Below, piece by piece: positions 10,964-23,485 of a stretch of 64,000 bases of DNA. The notes beneath the pieces were generated by a model. It was given only the letters and a program-made list of their open reading frames with translations. It made no database searches and was not told the origin of the DNA. Source of the stretch: Dehalococcoidia bacterium (GTDB lineage Bacteria; Chloroflexota; Dehalococcoidia; UBA2979); contig CAVODE010000001.1 of assembly GCA_963694535.1 (NCBI GenBank), positions 26,134 to 90,133 on the forward strand, given 5' to 3'. Made by a program: the position numbers and the translations under genes. Position 1 is the first letter of the stretch, and each line of letters starts with the position of its first letter.

Positions 10964-12100
10964 TTGTATTGGGTGATCCGCTAGTATGGCTACAGATTTT
11001 TCCGTGTGTTGAACTTGGCCTTTGCGCTTGAGTTCAGTAGCCTCATCATATTGATCGACGTTCTCCACAAGCGCATTGAGTAGGTCTACCAAATATTCCG
11101 TGTCACGGAAACTTACGGTTTCGGGCACGATTTTTTGATTTGGACCCGCGTTGTGCCAAGCTCCAAGTGAAACACAAAGTGCTCCAGTATCGAGTCCTAA
11201 TCGAAAGAATGCAGTTGCCTCAGTACTTCCGGCATCCATCAGAAGGCGTTGGTATCTAAAATTTGTTTTTTGTGAGAGATTCGAAGCAATATGCTCCATC
11301 CAAGTTGTGACTTTAGGGGTAAATATGGATCCGGCATCACCCACTCTTATAATAGGACCACCACCTTGAATTGCTCTGCCGCCTGCTCCAGAAGATGTTT
11401 CAATAGCAATAACTATGGCGTCAGCCGGTAAAAGTGAGCTTTTAGTTGCGGCGCTAGCCCCCATGAGGCCGATCTCCTCGGCTCGAGTGAAAAGTCCAGT
11501 AAAACTGTAGGGAGATGATGTTTCAGAGAGTTTTTTTAGTGTTTGTAAGATACTCACGACACCTATGAGATCGTCACATTGGCGGGCCAGTATCTTAGGG
11601 TCAGAGCCATTCGAAATTTCAAAAGCGGTGACGTCCCAGAGAAGCAAATCCCCAACCTCGAGTTGAACTCCAGGTTCAGACAGAACAGTTGCGCCCTGTA
11701 TTCTTTGCCGAGGGGACGTGCCCTCGGTCATAATCTCTTGGATCTGTGCCTTACCTATTGCTGCAATTGAGACATCCTGTGAGGCAATTCGATACACGCA
11801 TAAGTATTCAGATTTGCCGTATTCAGCTGACAATCCGCCTCGAAACTCACAGATTGCGTGATTGTTGTTTACTTCCGTTACGATGAATCCTGGATGGTCT
11901 GTGTGGGCGGTAATAAATAGCGGTCTTCGCCCGACAGATGGTGATTCATCTCCGGAATAGGTGATGTAGCTGTTCCCGGCAGAATCCTGCTGAAATTTCA
12001 AATTATGCCGTGCGGCGAACTGAGCCAAGGCACTGTGAATTGCGTGTTCTTTCAGCGCAATTGTCGGTATGGTCAGAATATCTTCAAGTAGTTGTTTCAT
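10955..12100 (-). CDS. M42-like (FrvX/CelM family) aminopeptidase
   Basis: 381 aa. Metal-ligand-like blocks (AHTDHPGF, EEIGLMGA). Confidence 0.55.
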   Translation of the reverse strand: MKQLLEDILTIPTIALKEHAIHSALAQFAARHNLKFQQDSAGNSYITYSGDESPSVGRRPLFITAHTDHPGFIVTEVNNNHAICEFRGGLSAEYGKSEYLCVYRIASQDVSIAAIGKAQIQEIMTEGTSPRQRIQGATVLSEPGVQLEVGDLLLWDVTAFEISNGSDPKILARQCDDLIGVVSILQTLKKLSETSSPYSFTGLFTRAEEIGLMGASAATKSSLLPADAIVIAIETSSGAGGRAIQGGGPIIRVGDAGSIFTPKVTTWMEHIASNLSQKTNFRYQRLLMDAGSTEATAFFRLGLDTGALCVSLGAWHNAGPNQKIVPETVSFRDTEYLVDLLNALVENVDQYDEATELKRKGQVQHTEKSVAILADHPIQLE

Positions 12101-12223
12101 TGTTATTGATCCCAGTATGACTGCATAGAGATTAATTCTAGGCTAGCCTATCTATTACATGGGTTTTGATAAGAAGTATCTGTGTTTTCAATATATCCAG
12201 TTGCGTAATAGGGAAGAGATTTC

Positions 12224-13585
12224 ATGGTTAAAGTTTCAATATCGGGCGATGAGACTGAGAGGGCTAGTTTGTACAATTGGCCCACTGCCAGCAGACCTGC
12301 CCCAGTTTCACGTAAGGTGCGACGTAAGCATCGAAGAGTCAATTCACACCCTCTAACTCCGATCACGCTCGAGCTTACTGGATTTGAATCGGGTGGTCGA
12401 GCCGTTGGTCGAGCAGAAGATGGGCGAGTTGTTTTTGTTGAATTCGGCATACCTGGTGAACGAGTAGTTGCCGAAATTACTGACGAATACCCGAATTATA
12501 TAGAGGCCACAGCAGTGATGGTTATAGATTCCTCTTCTGACCGTATAACCGCACGTTGCGAGTACTTTGGTCGATGTGGCGGTTGTCAGCTACAACATAT
12601 TCAATACGACCGACAATTGGAGCTAAAAACCGAAGTTGTTCGGGATGCGCTCCGTCGGGTGGCTCACTTGGAGCAATCTGTGATTGATGACTGTGTAAGA
12701 GACATGTGGGGCATGGATGATCCGTGGGAATATAGAAATCACATGCGATTTACTGTGAGAAGAAGCGGTGACGTAGGCCAGATGCAGAGAGGTACGCATC
12801 GGTTTTTTCGAATAAATGAATGTAAGATTGCCCTCCCTGATGTAAATGAGATTCTGGCACTGTCACAGGAACGCACAAAAAACACTCACCAGCTTGCTGT
12901 TCGAGTTGGTCAAGCTACTGGCGATCGGTTAATTCAGCCAGAACTTCAGTGGAGACCTGGCAGAAGGAGCGGACGCCCTAATAGTGGTCAGGATTACTAC
13001 AACGAAGTGCTGACAGTACCGGTTTCCGAATCAATAGATACCACTGGCAAAATTGAAGGAAAATACAGAGTTTCAGGACCTGCTTTTTTTCAAGTGAATA
13101 CCTTGCAAGCTGAACGCTTAGCTGGATTGGTGATAGAACGCACACTCGAAATCGCCCCAAAAATGGTAATAGATGCTTATTCGGGGGTAGGTACTTTTTC
13201 GGTATTACTGGCTCCACTAGTCGACGAAATGATCGCGATCGAAGAGTCCAAAGGGGCAAACTCAGATGCACGGTTTAATCTACAAGCTAATCAGAACGTC
13301 AAGCGAGTGACCGCAAAAGTTGAAGACGCGCTAGAAGAACTTGAAACAGCACCCGACGTAATTATCATTGATCCACCTCGTGCAGGAATTTTACCAAGTG
13401 TGATTGACGCAATTATTCAGTCGAAAGTCTCTAGGGTTATATATGTGTCCTGTGATCCACAAACACTCGCAAGAGATTTGAAAATTTTTACGGATGCGGG
13501 ATTTCGTATAAACGAGATTCAACCTATTGATATGTTTCCGCAAACCCAGCATATAGAATGCGTAACCACACTTACTCGAGGCTAG
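12224..13585 (+). CDS. rlmD: 23S rRNA (uracil-5-)-methyltransferase RumA/RlmD family (TRAM domain, 4Fe-4S Cys cluster, SAM-dependent MTase)
   Basis: TRAM-like N-terminus, Cys cluster CEYFGRCGGCQLQH, C-terminal MTase motifs (DAYSGVGTFS; IIDPPRAG). The true start may be downstream of the annotated ATG. Confidence 0.8.
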   Translation: MVKVSISGDETERASLYNWPTASRPAPVSRKVRRKHRRVNSHPLTPITLELTGFESGGRAVGRAEDGRVVFVEFGIPGERVVAEITDEYPNYIEATAVMVIDSSSDRITARCEYFGRCGGCQLQHIQYDRQLELKTEVVRDALRRVAHLEQSVIDDCVRDMWGMDDPWEYRNHMRFTVRRSGDVGQMQRGTHRFFRINECKIALPDVNEILALSQERTKNTHQLAVRVGQATGDRLIQPELQWRPGRRSGRPNSGQDYYNEVLTVPVSESIDTTGKIEGKYRVSGPAFFQVNTLQAERLAGLVIERTLEIAPKMVIDAYSGVGTFSVLLAPLVDEMIAIEESKGANSDARFNLQANQNVKRVTAKVEDALEELETAPDVIIIDPPRAGILPSVIDAIIQSKVSRVIYVSCDPQTLARDLKIFTDAGFRINEIQPIDMFPQTQHIECVTTLTRG

Positions 13586-13587
13586 GG

Positions 13588-14274
13588 ATGAGTCAGGTAA
13601 TTTTGGCGTCATCGTCACCCCGACGAAAAGAATTACTGGGTACGATTATTACAGAATTTGCGAGTTTCTCACCCGATGTAGATGAGAGCACAGATGACTC
13701 AACTTCTCCATACGACGTGTCGGGATTACTGGCTGTCAGGAAAGCACGCACGGCAGTGACGGCTCATATTCCATTTGATTATTTGATTGCTTCAGACACG
13801 GTTGTGATTTCTGAAGGAGAGATTTTGGGCAAACCACATGACAGACTTCACGCCCAAGAAATGCTGATGCAATTGAGAGATAAGACTCACGAAGTCAGCA
13901 CTTCGGTGGCTGTCGTTTCAGTTGAATTGGGGACGAGTAAATTAGTAATAAGTCTTGTAAATAACCTTTCAAGAGTTACGATGCGACCTTATTCTGCGGC
14001 AGAGATAGCTAGTTTTTTAGATCGTGGCGAAGCTGACGACAAAGCCGGTGCTTATGCAATTCAAGACTTGGAGTTCCATCCCGTAAGTAAGTGCGAGGGA
14101 TGTATATGTGCAGTCATGGGATTACCCGTTCAAGATGTAGTTTTACAACTTACGTTGGTGGGTTTGGATCGAGCATCTATTTTGGCGCCTACTAGGATTT
14201 ACGATCGCTGTAAAAGTTGTTTGCGAGGCAACTTTACTATAGAGCCTAGTAATTTGGATGACATCTCTTTCTGA
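13588..14274 (+). CDS. maf: Maf-like nucleoside triphosphate pyrophosphatase
   Basis: N-terminal ILASSSPRRKELL signature. Start chosen at the ATG 3 nt after the rlmD stop; the ORF track gives 13558. Confidence 0.8.
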   Translation: MSQVILASSSPRRKELLGTIITEFASFSPDVDESTDDSTSPYDVSGLLAVRKARTAVTAHIPFDYLIASDTVVISEGEILGKPHDRLHAQEMLMQLRDKTHEVSTSVAVVSVELGTSKLVISLVNNLSRVTMRPYSAAEIASFLDRGEADDKAGAYAIQDLEFHPVSKCEGCICAVMGLPVQDVVLQLTLVGLDRASILAPTRIYDRCKSCLRGNFTIEPSNLDDISF

Positions 14275-14456
14275 GCTCGTAATGCTCCGTATTTGGAGAG
14301 TTATTTCTTCTTATGAAATTCTCAACCTCTTAAGCAATTTTTACCTCATGATGGAGATAGTACAAAAATTTACGATGTAAGCACGAACAGAGATTTAATA
14401 GTTTACTTTGAGGCACCTGGCGTCGTTCAAAATATATTGTTTTTGTTCCGAAAAGT

Positions 14457-15212
14457 GTGATTAGGTTGAATGAGTGGAAACAGGATTATGAATGGAGCTC
14501 AGACGCGATGACTTCTAAAAATATGCCGATAATTGAGGTGGAAAACTTAGTCAAGACTTATGACACCGGCGTAGTTAGTGTCAAAGCTTTGCGCAATGTA
14601 TCCGTGTCTGTGGAGCGTGGTGAGATGGTTTCGGTAATGGGACCATCTGGATGTGGAAAAACTACTTTACTAAATTGTCTCTCAGGTATAGATGATGTCA
14701 CGGATGGCATTATCTGGATTGAGGGTACTGATATTAATTCGCTCAGCGATGATGATAAAACCATATATCGCGCTCAGCGGATGGGATTTATTTTTCAATT
14801 CTATAATTTGCTTCCAGTGTTGTCCGCCCAAGAGAACGTAGAGCTACCTCTTTTGGTGTCTGGTGAGTCTCCAAAGGACGCTCGTGAAAGAGCTATGGAC
14901 GCATTGGATAGGGTGAATTTATTGGATTGGTCTAGCCATAAGCCATCTGAACTGTCAGGGGGGCAGCGTCAGCGAGTGACCATCGCACGTGCCTTGGTGA
15001 ATAACCCAGCAATTGTTTGGGCAGATGAGCCAACTGGTGACCTGGATTCAAAGACAGCTTCAGACATTATGGATCTTATGCAGGAGTTGAATAGAGAACA
15101 GCAACAGACGTTTGTGATTGTCACTCATGATAGGTCGGTAGCCCTCCGTTGCAACCGGACAATACATATGAATGATGGTGAGATAGAGCGAGAGGAAATT
15201 CATAGCAGTTGA
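14457..15212 (+). CDS. ABC transporter ATP-binding protein (MacB/LolD-like)
   Basis: Walker [10 protein letters not shown], signature LSGGQRQRV, Walker B. The start may be an internal ATG (14508 or 14523). Confidence 0.85.
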   Translation: MIRLNEWKQDYEWSSDAMTSKNMPIIEVENLVKTYDTGVVSVKALRNVSVSVERGEMVSVMGPSGCGKTTLLNCLSGIDDVTDGIIWIEGTDINSLSDDDKTIYRAQRMGFIFQFYNLLPVLSAQENVELPLLVSGESPKDARERAMDALDRVNLLDWSSHKPSELSGGQRQRVTIARALVNNPAIVWADEPTGDLDSKTASDIMDLMQELNREQQQTFVIVTHDRSVALRCNRTIHMNDGEIEREEIHSS

Positions 15213-15253
15213 ATAAAACTTAGCTACGACGATCAATTGCACTGGAGCGCTTT

Positions 15254-18200
15254 ATGGAATCAATTTTCGGAATTTCTCTTGACACATACTTGGTAGCGGT
15301 AGGCACTATGGCCGTGCTGATTGTGCTGATTCTTTTATACATTGCCATACGAAATCCCTTACTCGTGAGGCTCGGTGCACGAAACTTTGCGAGGAGAAAA
15401 TCCCAAACGGTATTGATTGTGATCGGTTTAATGTTGTCGACGCTGATCATTAGTGCGGCGCTTGTAACAGGTGACACAGTAGGGCAGTCCATCACGAACC
15501 GAATATATACGTCACTCGGAAGCATTGATATTATTATCGATCCTGACGAGGAAAAGAGCGAAGGCATACGCTCAATTAAAGCTTCTGATATCTCCGCTAT
15601 ACGTGAGAGCTTCCGAGATGATGAAAGAATTGACGGGATAGCTGCACTGCTGCAAATAGATGTGCCTGCTGCAAATCAGCAGGCACGATTATCTGACCCA
15701 AGGGCCTATTTAATAGGTGTGATACCGGACGAAATTAGAAATTTCAAGCAATTGGAACTTTTGGATGGTGAGCTGCTTGACCCTGAAATACTTAATTCAG
15801 GTGGTGTTGTGGTGTCTGAAAGGCTAGCTGAATCTATTAATTTAAACTCAGGCGATTTGGTGACACTGTTCGTTGAGAATAATCCATACGAGTTTTCAGT
15901 AGCAGCAATTGTGAAAGATAACGGGCTCACAGCAAAGGACCAAGCGGGACCAGGATCCAAGCCAGGTGGCGGCGTAATGATGTTGCTAGATGATGCTCTC
16001 ACTTTGTCGCGTTGGGAAGGTCCAAATATCTTGGGGATATCAGTAGCAGGAGGTGTCCGCAACGATTTGGATCTTGTTGACACTGTTAGTGGAGAAGTCG
16101 AGGAGCTCATAGGATCATCTAATCTGTCCGTCGAGGTAGTTGAGAACAAGAAGGATTTGGTTGCTATTGGCTCACTTGTAGGGTCTGTTTTTGTGTCATT
16201 CTTTATTATTTTTGGACTTTTCTCGATTGCAGCCGGATTAATGCTGATCTTCCTAACCTTTGTCATGCTCGCTGCCGAGAGGCGGTCAGAGATGGGTATG
16301 GCTCGAGCGGTTGGTATGAAACGCCTTCATCTAACGCAGGCGTTTATCGCTGAAGGCATGCTGTACAACGTGGGCTCTGCACTGGTGGGGGCAGCTCTTG
16401 GTGTTCTGGTAGCATGGCTGATGATTACGTTGCTCGGATTCATTTTTGCAAGTTTTGGGACAGAAATCGTACTGAATGTGAATCCTAGAGCACTTGCGCT
16501 TGCCTATTTAGTAGGCATTGTTTTGACGTTTGTGACTGTTGCATTTTCCTCTTGGCGCGCAGCGAATTTGAATATCGTGCGATCTATCCGTGATATTCCG
16601 GAGCCTGATCTATTGCAGAGCAATCTTGGAGGTATTCGTGAGCTCTTTAGAAGTACGTGGTCTGTAGCTTGGACAGTAATTTGGTCAGTAATTGGTTTCG
16701 CGTTAACGATTGCCTTGGTGGGTTTTGTGATACCTGCAGTGCAGGTTTTCTCTATTTTCGGTGGTCAAATTGGTGCGGCAATTGGGGTGACTATTGGCCT
16801 CTCAGCCGTAATTCTCATCGTTTATTTTATTAGGAAACTGTTCAATTACGCACATCAAAAACTTTCACTCGTGCGGCTTATATCTAGACCGGTAAACAAA
16901 TTGAATATCTGGTCTAATGCGCATCGATCTGGTGCTGGATGGGCCGTTTGGATGATTATTTTCGGATCACTTGGTGTGTACCTAGGTGGTTGGGGTGATA
17001 ACGCAGCCATTCCATCATGGATAGGACCACAGTTGTGGTCATACTCAGGAGGGACCACTTTAATAATATTTTCACTTGGTATTCTCGCTGTTTATTTTGG
17101 GGCACCACCGCGACTTTCTTTCACTTCGGTTGGTTTGATAGTTGTATGGCTGTGGTTACTGCCACTTCCTTTTAGTGTTCTGCCAGGTTTTCCTGCGACT
17201 GCCAACGGCTGGACTGACCCGATACAGGGAGTTTTCTCATTATTTGGTCTTGGTCACGAACCAATCGCAGGTAATTTTGAAATGTTTTTTGTGTCCGGAG
17301 TTGCTGTAACGGCAGCATCAATTTTCGTCGTAGTCTATAACGCTACCCTTTTACTAGCCCCTCTCAATCTTGCAAGAAATGTGTTTAAAGGAGTGATGCC
17401 AGCCGTTCGGACCGCTATAGCTTATCCGTTGGCTAGCCGTTTCCGAACAGCTATGACTTTGGCAATGTTTACGTTGGTGGTGTTCGGCTTAGTAGTCCTG
17501 TCAATTTTGAATCATAATTTCAGTCAGGTGTTTGCGGGTGAGGAAGCTCAGGCAGGATTTGATATAGCGATTGAAGGAAATCCGTCGAATCGGATTAAAA
17601 ATATTGATCTAGCTTTAGTGAACTCTGAATTTATGGATAAGAAACTACTAGGAGAAGATATTTCAAGTATATCGTCTCTACGATCTGCTACCGGTCTTTT
17701 GACTGGTAGCGATGGAACAGACACGCGTGACGGATTGTACAGTATCCAGGGTATGGACCAGAGTTTCATCTCGACGAACGAGCTTAAATTGCTGACTCGG
17801 GCAAGTGATTATGAGTCTGATGAAGCCGTATTTGTGGCGCTAGCTGCCTCAAGTCGCTATGCGATTATTGATGAATCTCGTCTTAAGGATGGATCCAACG
17901 CATTTGGTGAGCCTACGAGTGAAAATTCTTTTAGAATCGAGCGCACACTGTCGGATATTGACGCTTCTGGCTGGGAGGCAATCACGGTAGCGGTTATGGA
18001 TCCATTCACCGGATTGGAACAAGAATTTGAGATTATTGGCATTATATCTAATACATCTACGCAGGTTAGGCGTGAGTGGAGCGCATTATTTATTTCAGAG
18101 CAATCAGTAGATGATGTGTTCAGTGGAGGATATAAGGACATGTTTTATGTGGTAGCCACGGAGGACACTGATGTCATTGAGCTCGCGAATGCTATAGAGA

Positions 18201-18685
18201 GCGGACTCCTGGAACAAGGCGTGCAGGCAGTGTCCATACGAAAAGAAGTCGAGGATTCAGCAAGTCAGAACGCTGCCTTTTCAGCCTTATTCGAAGGATT
18301 CACTGCGCTTGGATTAATAGTGGGAATAGCAGCACTCGGGGTTATTTCTTTCCGTACCGTCGCCGAACGGAGGCAGCAGATAGGTATGCTTCGGGCGATT
18401 GGCTACAGATCTCGACTAATTGGCTTGTCATTTTTTCTTGAGTCTTCATTCATCGCCATAACGGGTATTTTATTGGGCCTAGGTCTCGGGTACGCGATTT
18501 CGTACAATATTTTAACTTCGCCCGAATTTGCAGCAGCAGGTTTAGAGAGTAATTTTGATGTGCCTTGGCTGCGAATATTAGTGTTTATTGGGGCTGCTTA
18601 TTTGGCCAGTTCGCTTATGACATTAATTCCAGCCCGTGCCGCATCAAAAGTTCCCGTAGCTGAGGCTTTGCGCTATAGCGGGTAG
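15254..18685 (+). CDS. Large ABC transporter permease with two FtsX-like domains (1143 aa)
   Basis: Two 4-TM FtsX-like modules separated by large extracytoplasmic domains. Immediately downstream of the ATPase. Confidence 0.7.
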   Translation: MESIFGISLDTYLVAVGTMAVLIVLILLYIAIRNPLLVRLGARNFARRKSQTVLIVIGLMLSTLIISAALVTGDTVGQSITNRIYTSLGSIDIIIDPDEEKSEGIRSIKASDISAIRESFRDDERIDGIAALLQIDVPAANQQARLSDPRAYLIGVIPDEIRNFKQLELLDGELLDPEILNSGGVVVSERLAESINLNSGDLVTLFVENNPYEFSVAAIVKDNGLTAKDQAGPGSKPGGGVMMLLDDALTLSRWEGPNILGISVAGGVRNDLDLVDTVSGEVEELIGSSNLSVEVVENKKDLVAIGSLVGSVFVSFFIIFGLFSIAAGLMLIFLTFVMLAAERRSEMGMARAVGMKRLHLTQAFIAEGMLYNVGSALVGAALGVLVAWLMITLLGFIFASFGTEIVLNVNPRALALAYLVGIVLTFVTVAFSSWRAANLNIVRSIRDIPEPDLLQSNLGGIRELFRSTWSVAWTVIWSVIGFALTIALVGFVIPAVQVFSIFGGQIGAAIGVTIGLSAVILIVYFIRKLFNYAHQKLSLVRLISRPVNKLNIWSNAHRSGAGWAVWMIIFGSLGVYLGGWGDNAAIPSWIGPQLWSYSGGTTLIIFSLGILAVYFGAPPRLSFTSVGLIVVWLWLLPLPFSVLPGFPATANGWTDPIQGVFSLFGLGHEPIAGNFEMFFVSGVAVTAASIFVVVYNATLLLAPLNLARNVFKGVMPAVRTAIAYPLASRFRTAMTLAMFTLVVFGLVVLSILNHNFSQVFAGEEAQAGFDIAIEGNPSNRIKNIDLALVNSEFMDKKLLGEDISSISSLRSATGLLTGSDGTDTRDGLYSIQGMDQSFISTNELKLLTRASDYESDEAVFVALAASSRYAIIDESRLKDGSNAFGEPTSENSFRIERTLSDIDASGWEAITVAVMDPFTGLEQEFEIIGIISNTSTQVRREWSALFISEQSVDDVFSGGYKDMFYVVATEDTDVIELANAIESGLLEQGVQAVSIRKEVEDSASQNAAFSALFEGFTALGLIVGIAALGVISFRTVAERRQQIGMLRAIGYRSRLIGLSFFLESSFIAITGILLGLGLGYAISYNILTSPEFAAAGLESNFDVPWLRILVFIGAAYLASSLMTLIPARAASKVPVAEALRYSG

Positions 18686-18934
18686 CGGACGGGACGGAGC
18701 TATTGTTGATTATGGGCCAGTAAGGGTATAATCATTCTCCGTTCCAGCTAAGTAGAGTTTTGAGAGTTGGCTCGGCGAAGTGTAAATATATTTCTTATAA
18801 GTCTTCTTGAACTAGGCTTTAGGATGTCGAAAAGACACTGAATTACAACAGGATCTTCCTGACATGGTTTGGTTTGGCGTAATCATTTGCTTTTCAATAA
18901 ATCGTTTTGAGCTAGTTGGTATGGGGACCATGTA

Positions 18935-21900
18935 ATGACGAATGTGAAATTTCCGGCGCAGCAAGGACTATATTGCCCAGATTTTGAGCATGATTCCTGC
19001 GGTGTGGGCTTTCTGGCTCATTTGAAAGGTGTTCGGTCCCATAAATTAGTGCAGGACGGGCTTCTAGCACTCCGAAACTTGAATCATCGAGGTGCCTGTG
19101 GCTGTGAAGAAAACACAGGTGATGGTGCAGGAATATTACTACAGATTCCTGATAAATTTTTTAGAGCGATTTGCGCAGATGTAGATATCACTTTACCTGT
19201 TGAAGGCAAATATGGCGTAGGAGTGCTATTTGCTCCCACTGATCCAACTCAACTAGCGTCAATTAAAGAAATAACCAATAAATTAGTCGAATCTGAAGGT
19301 CTTGAAGTGATTGGCTGGCGGGATGTTCCAGTTGATCCAGATTTGGCTGATATAGGAGATACCGCTCGTGCAGCCGAGCCAACCATACTGCATATATTTG
19401 TTGGCGATTCAGGCACGGTAGATCAAGATGCTTTTGAACGAAAACTGTATGTAGTTCGAAAACTTTTTGAGAAGGAAATTGATTCGCCACTTTACGATAA
19501 AGATCTTTGCTATTATCCGAGTTTTTCGTCCAGAACGATTGTTTATAAGGGGATGCTGACGCCTGACCAATTGGGTGATTATTTTCCTGATTTAAATGAT
19601 TCCAGAGTTGATAGTGCCTTGGCGATGGTGCATTCCCGATTTAGCACGAATACATTTCCCAGTTGGAAGCTTTCACATCCGTATAGAATGATTTCTCACA
19701 ATGGAGAGATAAATACCGTAAGAGGTAATACCAATTGGATGAGGGCACGGGAAGCACTGTTTGAGTCACCTCTTTTTGATGATATTGCAAAAATTATTCC
19801 AGTTATTGATGAGACTGGCAGCGATACTGCGGTCTTGGATAATGCCCTTGAACTACTTGTACAGGCAGGCTGGCCGCTTGCGCACGCAATGATGATGCTC
19901 ATTCCGGAAGCGTGGAGTGGGCACGAGTCAATGCCACAAGAGAAAATTGATTTTTATCAGTACCACTCCACTGTTATGGAACCATGGGATGGCCCAGCCT
20001 CTGTTGCATTTACTGATGGCAAGACAATCGGAGCCGTTCTGGACAGGAATGGACTACGTCCCTCTCGTTACATTGTCACAAAGGATGACTTGGTACTTAT
20101 GGCGTCTGAGGTGGGAGTTCTACCAATCGAACCGGACAGAATATTATTCAAGGGACGCTTAGAACCAGGAAAAATGTTTCTAGTCAGTCTTGAAGAACAA
20201 CGGATCATAGATGATTCCGAACTCAAGCTTGGGTTAGCGGCATCAAGACCATATTCCGAATGGAATAATGAACACCTACACGAACTTAAAGACATTCCAG
20301 AAGGTGCTCCAAAACCTATAATTGCCGACGACGACCTCCTGAGGCAGCAGTTGGCTTTTGGATACAGTATCGAAGACTTGAAATACATACTGGGCCCGAT
20401 GATGTCGCGTGGCGAAGAATCTATTGGATCAATGGGTACTGACACACCTTTGGCTGTTTTGTCTGACGAACATAATCTTCTCTATAACTACTTTCAGCAG
20501 TTATTCGCGCAAGTAACCAATCCGCCATTAGATGCGATTCGTGAGGAGATTGTTACAGCAGTGGATACTGTACTGGGACCAGAAGGTAATTTGCTTGATC
20601 AAAATTTTCCTAATATTGATTTAGTGAAGTTGAAAAGCCCGATTATCGATAATACTGATATGTCTAAAATCATTGGATTACAGCTAGATCAGAGATTTGG
20701 TACCACAGTCCTGTCGATGCTTTTTGATGTAGAGGCTGGCGACGAGGGTATTGAAAGAGGGATGCAGCAATTATTTAGTGACGCGGATCGCGCTATTGAG
20801 TCAGGTTCGCGAATTCTGGTTTTGTCCGACCGTGGAATTGACGAGACACATGCGCCGATACCCGCATTATTGGCAATCTCTGGACTTCATCATCACCTAG
20901 TTCGTGAAAAGAAACGTGCCAAGGTTGGTTTAGTGATTGAAACAGGTGAGGCTCGAGAAGTTCACCACTTTGCTTTACTGATAGGCTTCGGCGCGAATGT
21001 AATTAACCCATATTTAGCTTTGGATTCTTTATCAAGATTAAAGCAGGATGGTTATATTCCAGCAGAGTTATCCACTCAGGAGGCTGAGGATTTTTACTTA
21101 AAATCGGTAAAAAAAGGCGTCGTGAAAGTGATGTCAAAGATGGGAATCTCGACGGTGCAGGCCTATCGTGGTGCTCAGATTTTTGAGGCGATTGGCCTTA
21201 ATTCCGAACTTATAGATACGTATTTCACTAAAGTAGCTTCAAGAATTCAAGGCATAGGGCTCGTTGAAGTCGGGCGTGAAGCGCTTGGTCGTCATCAGCG
21301 CGGATTTCCGAATCGAGAAGGTGGTCCTACGGACTTGGATTGGGGTGGTATATACCAGTGGCGTCGAGACGGTGAACATCATCTATTTAACCCAGATACC
21401 GTTTTTAAGCTTCAACATGCTACACAAACTGGCAAGATGGAAATTTTCCGTGAATATACTGAAATGATCGATGATCAAAGTAAAAAGATGGCCACGTTGC
21501 GAGGACTATTTGAGATTAAAGAGTCACTCACTCCTATCCATATTGATGAAGTCGAACCTGCAACTGAAATTTTCAAGCGCTTTAAAACGGGTGCGATGTC
21601 TTATGGTTCGATTAGCGCAGAGGCGCATGAAACCCTTGCGATCGCGATGAATCGACTCGGTGGTAAGAGTAATACTGGCGAAGGCGGAGAAGATCGTAGA
21701 CGATTTACTCCCGATGCGAATGGCGATCTCAGGAGAAGTGCAATTAAGCAAGTTGCTTCAGGTAGATTCGGTGTTACTAGCGAATATTTGGTAAATGCCG
21801 ACGAGATTCAGATTAAAATGGCGCAAGGCGCTAAGCCTGGTGAGGGCGGTCAACTGCCTGGCCATAAGGTATATCCATGGATTGCAGAGGTTAGAAATTC

Positions 21901-23485
21901 CATTCCAGGAGTACCGTTAATCAGTCCTCCACCTCATCATGATATTTATTCAATCGAAGATCTAGCTCAGCTGATTCACGATTTAAAGAATGCTAATTCG
22001 GAGGCACGAATTTCTGTGAAGCTCGTCGCTGAAGTCGGAGTGGGAACAGTAGCGGCGGGTGTAGCAAAGGCTAAATCTGACGTCGTTTTGATCAGCGGCC
22101 ACGATGGCGGAACCGGCGCAAGTCCTTTGACTTCGCTGAAGCATGCAGGCGTCCCGTGGGAACTAGGTTTGGCGGAGACGCAGCAAACTCTAGTCCTCAA
22201 TAAACTTCGTGACAGAATCGTTGTCGAAGTTGATGGTCAATTAAAGACTGGGCGAGATGTGATTATCGGTGCACTTCTTGGGGCAGAAGAATTTGGTTTT
22301 GCGACCGCACCCTTAGTAGTTCTTGGCTGCGTGATGATGCGCGTTTGTCACCTTGATACCTGCCCAGTTGGAATTGCTACACAAAATCCAGTGCTAAGGG
22401 AGCGTTTCGAAGGCCAAGCCGATCACGTTGAAAATTTCTTTCACTTCATAGCCGAAGAAATCAGAGAGTATATGGCTCGTCTCGGATTCCGACGATTCGA
22501 CGAGATGATTGGGCGAAGCGATCTTCTGAGTATGTACGAAGCAGTCGATCATTGGAAGGCTGGCGGATTGGATTTGAGTCCGATACTTTATCGACCAGAT
22601 GTGGATTCTGATGTAGCAACACACTGCATAATAGAACAAGACCACGGACTTGAAGAAGCCTTGGATCAGAAGTTGTTGGTACTTGCAGCGAGCGCTATTG
22701 ATTCGGGATCCGTTGTTGATATTGAAATGCCTATATCTAACGTTAATAGAACGGTAGGGACTATTTTGGGCAGTCAAATTAGCAGAAAATACGGTAATAC
22801 AGGACTACCTGATGACACCATAAATATCAAATTTACGGGTTCAGCTGGGCAGAGTTTTGGAGCCTTTGTCCCATCTGGAGTTTCATTAAGTCTTGAGGGT
22901 GATACTAACGATTACGTAGGTAAAGGACTTTCTGGGGGCAAAATAGTTGTATATCCATTCAAAGAATCTACGTTTATCCCTGAAGAAAATGTAATTATTG
23001 GAAATGTTGCTTTATATGGTGCGACTAGTGGAGCAGGATTTTTTCGAGGAATTGCGGGAGAAAGGTTTGCTGTTCGAAACAGCGGTGCATTAGCTGTTGT
23101 TGAGGGCACTGGCGATCATACGTGCGAGTATATGACGGGCGGTAGAGTAGTCATTATTGGTAAAACGGGCAGGAATTTTGGTGCTGGAATGAGTGGCGGT
23201 ATTGCCTATGTTTATGATGCTGATGGAGATTTCCATTCTCGCTGCAATATGGAAATGATCCTGCTCGAGCGTCTAGATGAAGCCGAAGATCTTGATCTGG
23301 TGAAGGGTATGTTAGAGCGTCACCAGGAATACACCGACAGTACAGTGGCTGGAAATATTTTGAAAAACTGGCCAGATGCGGCAGCATCTTTTGTGAAGGT
23401 AATGCCCACTGAATATCGTCGAGTTTTGAATGAACAGGCAGAAGCAAGAAATGCGTCAGAAGAGTTGGCGGTATCCAATGGCTAA
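18935..23485 (+). CDS. gltB: Glutamate synthase large subunit
   Basis: 1516 aa. N-terminal Ntn amidotransferase with Cys1 (CGVGF), FMN/3Fe-4S central domain, GXGXG C-terminal domain. Confidence 0.95.
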   Translation: MTNVKFPAQQGLYCPDFEHDSCGVGFLAHLKGVRSHKLVQDGLLALRNLNHRGACGCEENTGDGAGILLQIPDKFFRAICADVDITLPVEGKYGVGVLFAPTDPTQLASIKEITNKLVESEGLEVIGWRDVPVDPDLADIGDTARAAEPTILHIFVGDSGTVDQDAFERKLYVVRKLFEKEIDSPLYDKDLCYYPSFSSRTIVYKGMLTPDQLGDYFPDLNDSRVDSALAMVHSRFSTNTFPSWKLSHPYRMISHNGEINTVRGNTNWMRAREALFESPLFDDIAKIIPVIDETGSDTAVLDNALELLVQAGWPLAHAMMMLIPEAWSGHESMPQEKIDFYQYHSTVMEPWDGPASVAFTDGKTIGAVLDRNGLRPSRYIVTKDDLVLMASEVGVLPIEPDRILFKGRLEPGKMFLVSLEEQRIIDDSELKLGLAASRPYSEWNNEHLHELKDIPEGAPKPIIADDDLLRQQLAFGYSIEDLKYILGPMMSRGEESIGSMGTDTPLAVLSDEHNLLYNYFQQLFAQVTNPPLDAIREEIVTAVDTVLGPEGNLLDQNFPNIDLVKLKSPIIDNTDMSKIIGLQLDQRFGTTVLSMLFDVEAGDEGIERGMQQLFSDADRAIESGSRILVLSDRGIDETHAPIPALLAISGLHHHLVREKKRAKVGLVIETGEAREVHHFALLIGFGANVINPYLALDSLSRLKQDGYIPAELSTQEAEDFYLKSVKKGVVKVMSKMGISTVQAYRGAQIFEAIGLNSELIDTYFTKVASRIQGIGLVEVGREALGRHQRGFPNREGGPTDLDWGGIYQWRRDGEHHLFNPDTVFKLQHATQTGKMEIFREYTEMIDDQSKKMATLRGLFEIKESLTPIHIDEVEPATEIFKRFKTGAMSYGSISAEAHETLAIAMNRLGGKSNTGEGGEDRRRFTPDANGDLRRSAIKQVASGRFGVTSEYLVNADEIQIKMAQGAKPGEGGQLPGHKVYPWIAEVRNSIPGVPLISPPPHHDIYSIEDLAQLIHDLKNANSEARISVKLVAEVGVGTVAAGVAKAKSDVVLISGHDGGTGASPLTSLKHAGVPWELGLAETQQTLVLNKLRDRIVVEVDGQLKTGRDVIIGALLGAEEFGFATAPLVVLGCVMMRVCHLDTCPVGIATQNPVLRERFEGQADHVENFFHFIAEEIREYMARLGFRRFDEMIGRSDLLSMYEAVDHWKAGGLDLSPILYRPDVDSDVATHCIIEQDHGLEEALDQKLLVLAASAIDSGSVVDIEMPISNVNRTVGTILGSQISRKYGNTGLPDDTINIKFTGSAGQSFGAFVPSGVSLSLEGDTNDYVGKGLSGGKIVVYPFKESTFIPEENVIIGNVALYGATSGAGFFRGIAGERFAVRNSGALAVVEGTGDHTCEYMTGGRVVIIGKTGRNFGAGMSGGIAYVYDADGDFHSRCNMEMILLERLDEAEDLDLVKGMLERHQEYTDSTVAGNILKNWPDAAASFVKVMPTEYRRVLNEQAEARNASEELAVSNG

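Noticed and set aside
12148-12450. 100-aa minus-strand ORF overlapping the rlmD 5' end
   Set aside because: Overlaps the divergent promoter region and the rlmD start. No RBS and no recognisable features.
18686-18934. Possible riboswitch or ncRNA in the 250-nt leader of gltB
   Set aside because: No recognisable conserved riboswitch core (glutamine, glnA or other) could be identified by eye. Likely just promoter/regulatory DNA.
23430-23477. Annotated gltD start at 23430 inside gltB
   Set aside because: The conserved GltD N-terminus begins at MAKPTGF (23478) with the usual short overlap of the gltB stop. The upstream extension is probably not translated.
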